This document shows, in pieces, positions 62,501 through 64,000 of a stretch of 64,000 nt of DNA. This stretch comes from an uncultured Gemmatimonadales bacterium. Its GTDB lineage: Bacteria; Gemmatimonadota; Gemmatimonadetes; Longimicrobiales; Longimicrobiaceae. Under the pieces are notes generated by a model. The model did not search any database, was not told the origin of the DNA, and worked only from the letters and a program-made list of their open reading frames with translations. Location of the stretch: positions 6,752,001-6,816,000 of the forward strand of contig OY970303.1 of assembly GCA_963716255.1 (NCBI GenBank), given 5' to 3'. The first letter of the stretch is position 1. Every line of letters begins with the position of its first letter. A program made the position numbers and the translations under genes.

Positions 62501-64000
62501 CGCGGTGGCGGCTCGCGACGACCTCGCGGGGGGAAAGCGCCTGGTGGCGTACGTGGTCCCGGCGGCGGAGGCGGCGCCGTCCCCCGGGGAGCTGCGCGCC
62601 TGGCTCCGGCGCACTCTCCCCGAGCACATGGTGCCGGGGGTGGTGGTGGCGCTGGACCGGCTTCCGCTGACCCCCGGCGGCAAGACCGACCGCCGCGCGC
62701 TTCCCGAGCCGGCGGCGGGCATCGCCGGCGAAGCGGAGCTCGTCCCGCCCTCCACCCCCGTCCAGGAGATCCTGGCAGGGGTCTGGGCAGAGGTGCTGGA
62801 AGTGGGGAGCGTGGGCGCCGCCGACGACTTCTTCGCGCTCGGCGGCCATTCGCTGCTGGGCACGCGGGTGGTGTCGCGCATCCGCGACGCGCTCGGGGTG
62901 GAGCTGCCGCTGCGCGCCCTGTTCGAGGCGCCGACGCTGGCGGGGCTGGCCGGGCGGATCGAAGCGCTCCGCTCCACCGGGAGCGAGGCCGCTCCGCCGA
63001 TCGTGCCGGTGCCGCGCCGGGGGCCGCTGCCGCTGTCGTTCGCGCAGCAGCGGCTGTGGTTCATCGACCGGCTGGAGCCCGGGAGCGCCGCCTACAACAT
63101 GCCCTACGCGCTGCGCCTGCGGGGCCGGTTCGACCCGGCCGTGCTCGGGCGCGCCCTGACGGAGGTCGCGCGCCGCCACGAGACGCTGCGGACGGTCTTC
63201 GGGACGACCGGGGAGGAGCCGGTGCAGGTCGTCCGGGACGCCAAGCCGGCGGTCGTGCCGGTCGCCGACCTGCGTGGGCTCGCCGCCGGGCCGCGCGAGG
63301 CGGAGCTGCTCCGGCTCGCCTCGGACGAGGCGGCGCGGCCCTTCGACCTCGCGGCGGGCCCGCTCCTCCGCGTCGCCGCCCTGCGCCTGGGCGAGGCCGA
63401 ATGGGCGCTCCTCCTCACCATGCACCATATCGTCTCGGACGGGTGGAGCGCGGGGGTGCTGCTCCGCGAGCTGTCGGAATGGTACGGGGCGCTCGCCGGC
63501 GGGCGCCGGGCGGAGCTTCCCGCGCTGCCGGTGCAGTACGCCGACTACGCCGCGTGGCAGCGCGGGTGGCCCACCGGCGAGGCGCTGGAGGCCGGGCTCC
63601 GTTTCTGGCGCGAGCAGCTGGAAGGCGCTCCGCCGCTGCTGGAGCTGCCCACCGACCGGCCGCGCCCGCAGGTGCAGGACCCCCGCGGCGCGAGGGTCCG
63701 CGTGGCTCTCCCCGCGGAGGTCGCCCGCGGGGTGCGGGCGCTCGCCCGTCGGGAGGGAGCGACGGCGTTCATCACGCTCCTCGCGGCGTGGCAGCTCCTG
63801 CTGGCGCGCTACGCCGGGCAGGACGACGTCAGCGTGGGCACGCCGGTCGCCGGGCGCACGCGGCTGGAGATGGAGCCGCTGATCGGCTTCTTCGTCAACA
63901 CGCTGGTCCTGCGTACCGACCTTTCGGGCGAGCCCGGCTTCCGCGAGCTGCTGGGGCGGGTCCGCGAGACGGCGCTGGGCGCGTACCAGCACCAGGAGAT
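57789..64000 (+). CDS. Lipopeptide starter NRPS, 3'-truncated by the window: FAAL-ACP-C-A(Gly)-T-C
   Basis: Manually translated; not in the ORF track because it has no stop before the window end. It reads MLNPHPASSLVDLLRFRADEDPAGCAYTFLLNGE...LLYPPGLEY...[22 protein letters not shown]...WLPPYHDMGLIG (FAAL), LGMDSL (ACP, about 59690), HHIVGDG (60270), FDISVLE and YGPTETTIW (A), GGHSLL (about 62845) and HHIVSDG (about 63423). All checked motifs are in the same frame up to 64000. Confidence 0.93.
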   Translation, partial: MLNPHPASSLVDLLRFRADEDPAGCAYTFLLNGEIEEGHLTYGELDLRARAVAARLQSLGARGERALLLYPPGLEYVAALFGCFYAGVTAVPAYPPRRNRTDARLQSIVADCRPTLALTTRELLGEAERLCASTPELGGLRWLATEDVPADEAGSWADPEASGDTLAFLQYTSGSTAAPKGVMVSHGNLLHNFAVIEGFCGYTPATRSVIWLPPYHDMGLIGGILQPLFTGYWAALFSPVAFIQRPARWLEAISRYRATSSGGPNFAYELCVHAVRPEERAGLDLSHWEIAFNGAEPVRAETLRAFGEAFAESGFRERAFYPCYGLAEATLMVTGSQPPEPPVVRAVDAGALGEGMVREAEPEGRYRLVGSGRSAPSQRVVIVDPVTLRACPADRVGEVWVAGASVARGYWGRAEETAETFAAFESATGEGPFLRTGDLGFLDDGELFVTGRLKDLIVIRGRNHYPQDIEQTAIRSHDGLRAGLGAAFSVDQGGEERLVVVHEVSRQAAAGMDVEEVGEAIRRAVAAEHGVQVHAVAVVRPGGVPRTSSGKVQRRACRARFLAGELPLVGVSVREDAASAAALPFAAGITREALEAAGPGERQALLEDFLVERAARVLGVDPARVDRERPLVALGMDSLRAMELKGALEASLGAALPVSALLDDAGIERLAVDLLQAMFTADAAAPVPAAAGEGDAPLSFAQERLWFLDRLQPGSAAYNLAGALRLRGALDAAALRRSLSATTRRHEALRTVFPEAGGRPVQRVLAAAEPPLPGADLSRLDPADREAEARRAAEAAARTPFDLATGPPFRARLLRLGRDEHLLVLGMHHIVGDGWSTGVVVRELAALYGAFAAGAPSPLAPLRARYADFAAGERERLRGEAVDGEVAYWRGRLAGLAPLELPTTRPRPAVQSFRGATHRFRVPAGPAAALAALGRGEGATLHMTLLAVFAALLARYSGAEDVAVGTPVAGRDTEEARALVGLFVNTVVLRVDLSGDPPFRQLLRRVRETSLEAYSHGGLPFEKLVEALRPARDLGRNPLFQVMFGLQDRAADPGSAAGVSLEVEAVDTGTSKLDLTLFLAEERDGALSAALEYATDLFDPRAAAALAGHYGEVLASAVRDPRTRVSALELLTPGERARILEEWNGTGRAVPPVCVHDLFTAQAARTPEALAAASAGEALSYAELERRSAALARLLRGRGVGPDVRVGVCLERGTGLLVGLLGVLRAGGAYVPLDPSYPRDRLAYMLADARVPVLLTEAGLASAIPAHGADVVLLEEAGEGGDGTHPDGGAVAANAAYVIYTSGSTGRPKGVVVPHGAVVNLLAAMARELDAGPADVLLAVTPLSFDISVLELFLPLSVGAAVALADAATASDGARLGGALAELRPSVMQATPATWQMLLEAGWEGLPGLAMLCGGEALAPGLAARLRTRGARLWNVYGPTETTIWSTAARMTDDGPVTVGRPLANTRVYVLDRHGRPVPAGVPGALFIGGSGVARGYHERPELTAERFVPDPFGPEPGGRLYETGDRARFLADGRVEHLGRADDQVKVRGFRVEPGEVESALAEHPGVLRAAVAARDDLAGGKRLVAYVVPAAEAAPSPGELRAWLRRTLPEHMVPGVVVALDRLPLTPGGKTDRRALPEPAAGIAGEAELVPPSTPVQEILAGVWAEVLEVGSVGAADDFFALGGHSLLGTRVVSRIRDALGVELPLRALFEAPTLAGLAGRIEALRSTGSEAAPPIVPVPRRGPLPLSFAQQRLWFIDRLEPGSAAYNMPYALRLRGRFDPAVLGRALTEVARRHETLRTVFGTTGEEPVQVVRDAKPAVVPVADLRGLAAGPREAELLRLASDEAARPFDLAAGPLLRVAALRLGEAEWALLLTMHHIVSDGWSAGVLLRELSEWYGALAGGRRAELPALPVQYADYAAWQRGWPTGEALEAGLRFWREQLEGAPPLLELPTDRPRPQVQDPRGARVRVALPAEVARGVRALARREGATAFITLLAAWQLLLARYAGQDDVSVGTPVAGRTRLEMEPLIGFFVNTLVLRTDLSGEPGFRELLGRVRETALGAYQHQE
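61250..62710 (+). other. A domain, code DILQLGVIWK: Gly
   Basis: FDISVLE / VMQATP / LCGGE / [11 protein letters not shown]. Confidence 0.85.

Overview
Very GC-rich bacterial DNA that is almost entirely + strand megasynthase coding sequence. Bases 1-57077 are the downstream part of one giant hybrid NRPS/PKS assembly line in four translationally coupled genes (<1-13103, 13100-27408, 27401-40212, 40209-57077). It contains the end of one upstream module, 16 complete NRPS modules, one minimal KS-AT-carrier PKS module, one dual E/C domain, one N-methyltransferase and a terminal thioesterase. The order read by eye from A-domain codes is X0-Ala-[malonate]-X(basic?)-D-Asn-Gly-Ser-NMeGly-X(acidic?)-X-X-X(Hpg-like code)-Pro-like-X(Hpg-like code)-Phe-like-X-X-Tyr-like-TE. 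Genes 2 and 3 each have a single-base frameshift in a homopolymer, probably a sequencing error. A 711-bp intergenic region follows, holding a multi-hairpin structured element and an AT-rich promoter-like patch. A fifth gene, absent from the ORF track because it has no stop in the window, starts at 57789 and encodes FAAL-ACP-C-A(Gly)-T-C, the start of a lipopeptide line. Notable details are a T-E/C linker split by a beta-hairpin docking pair, a fossil gene junction inside gene 4, several A domains with unfamiliar codes, HHxxxDE condensation domains and kb-scale module duplications. No tailoring, MbtH, transport or regulatory genes are in the window. Domain boundaries are approximate and substrate calls are manual, with no database search run.
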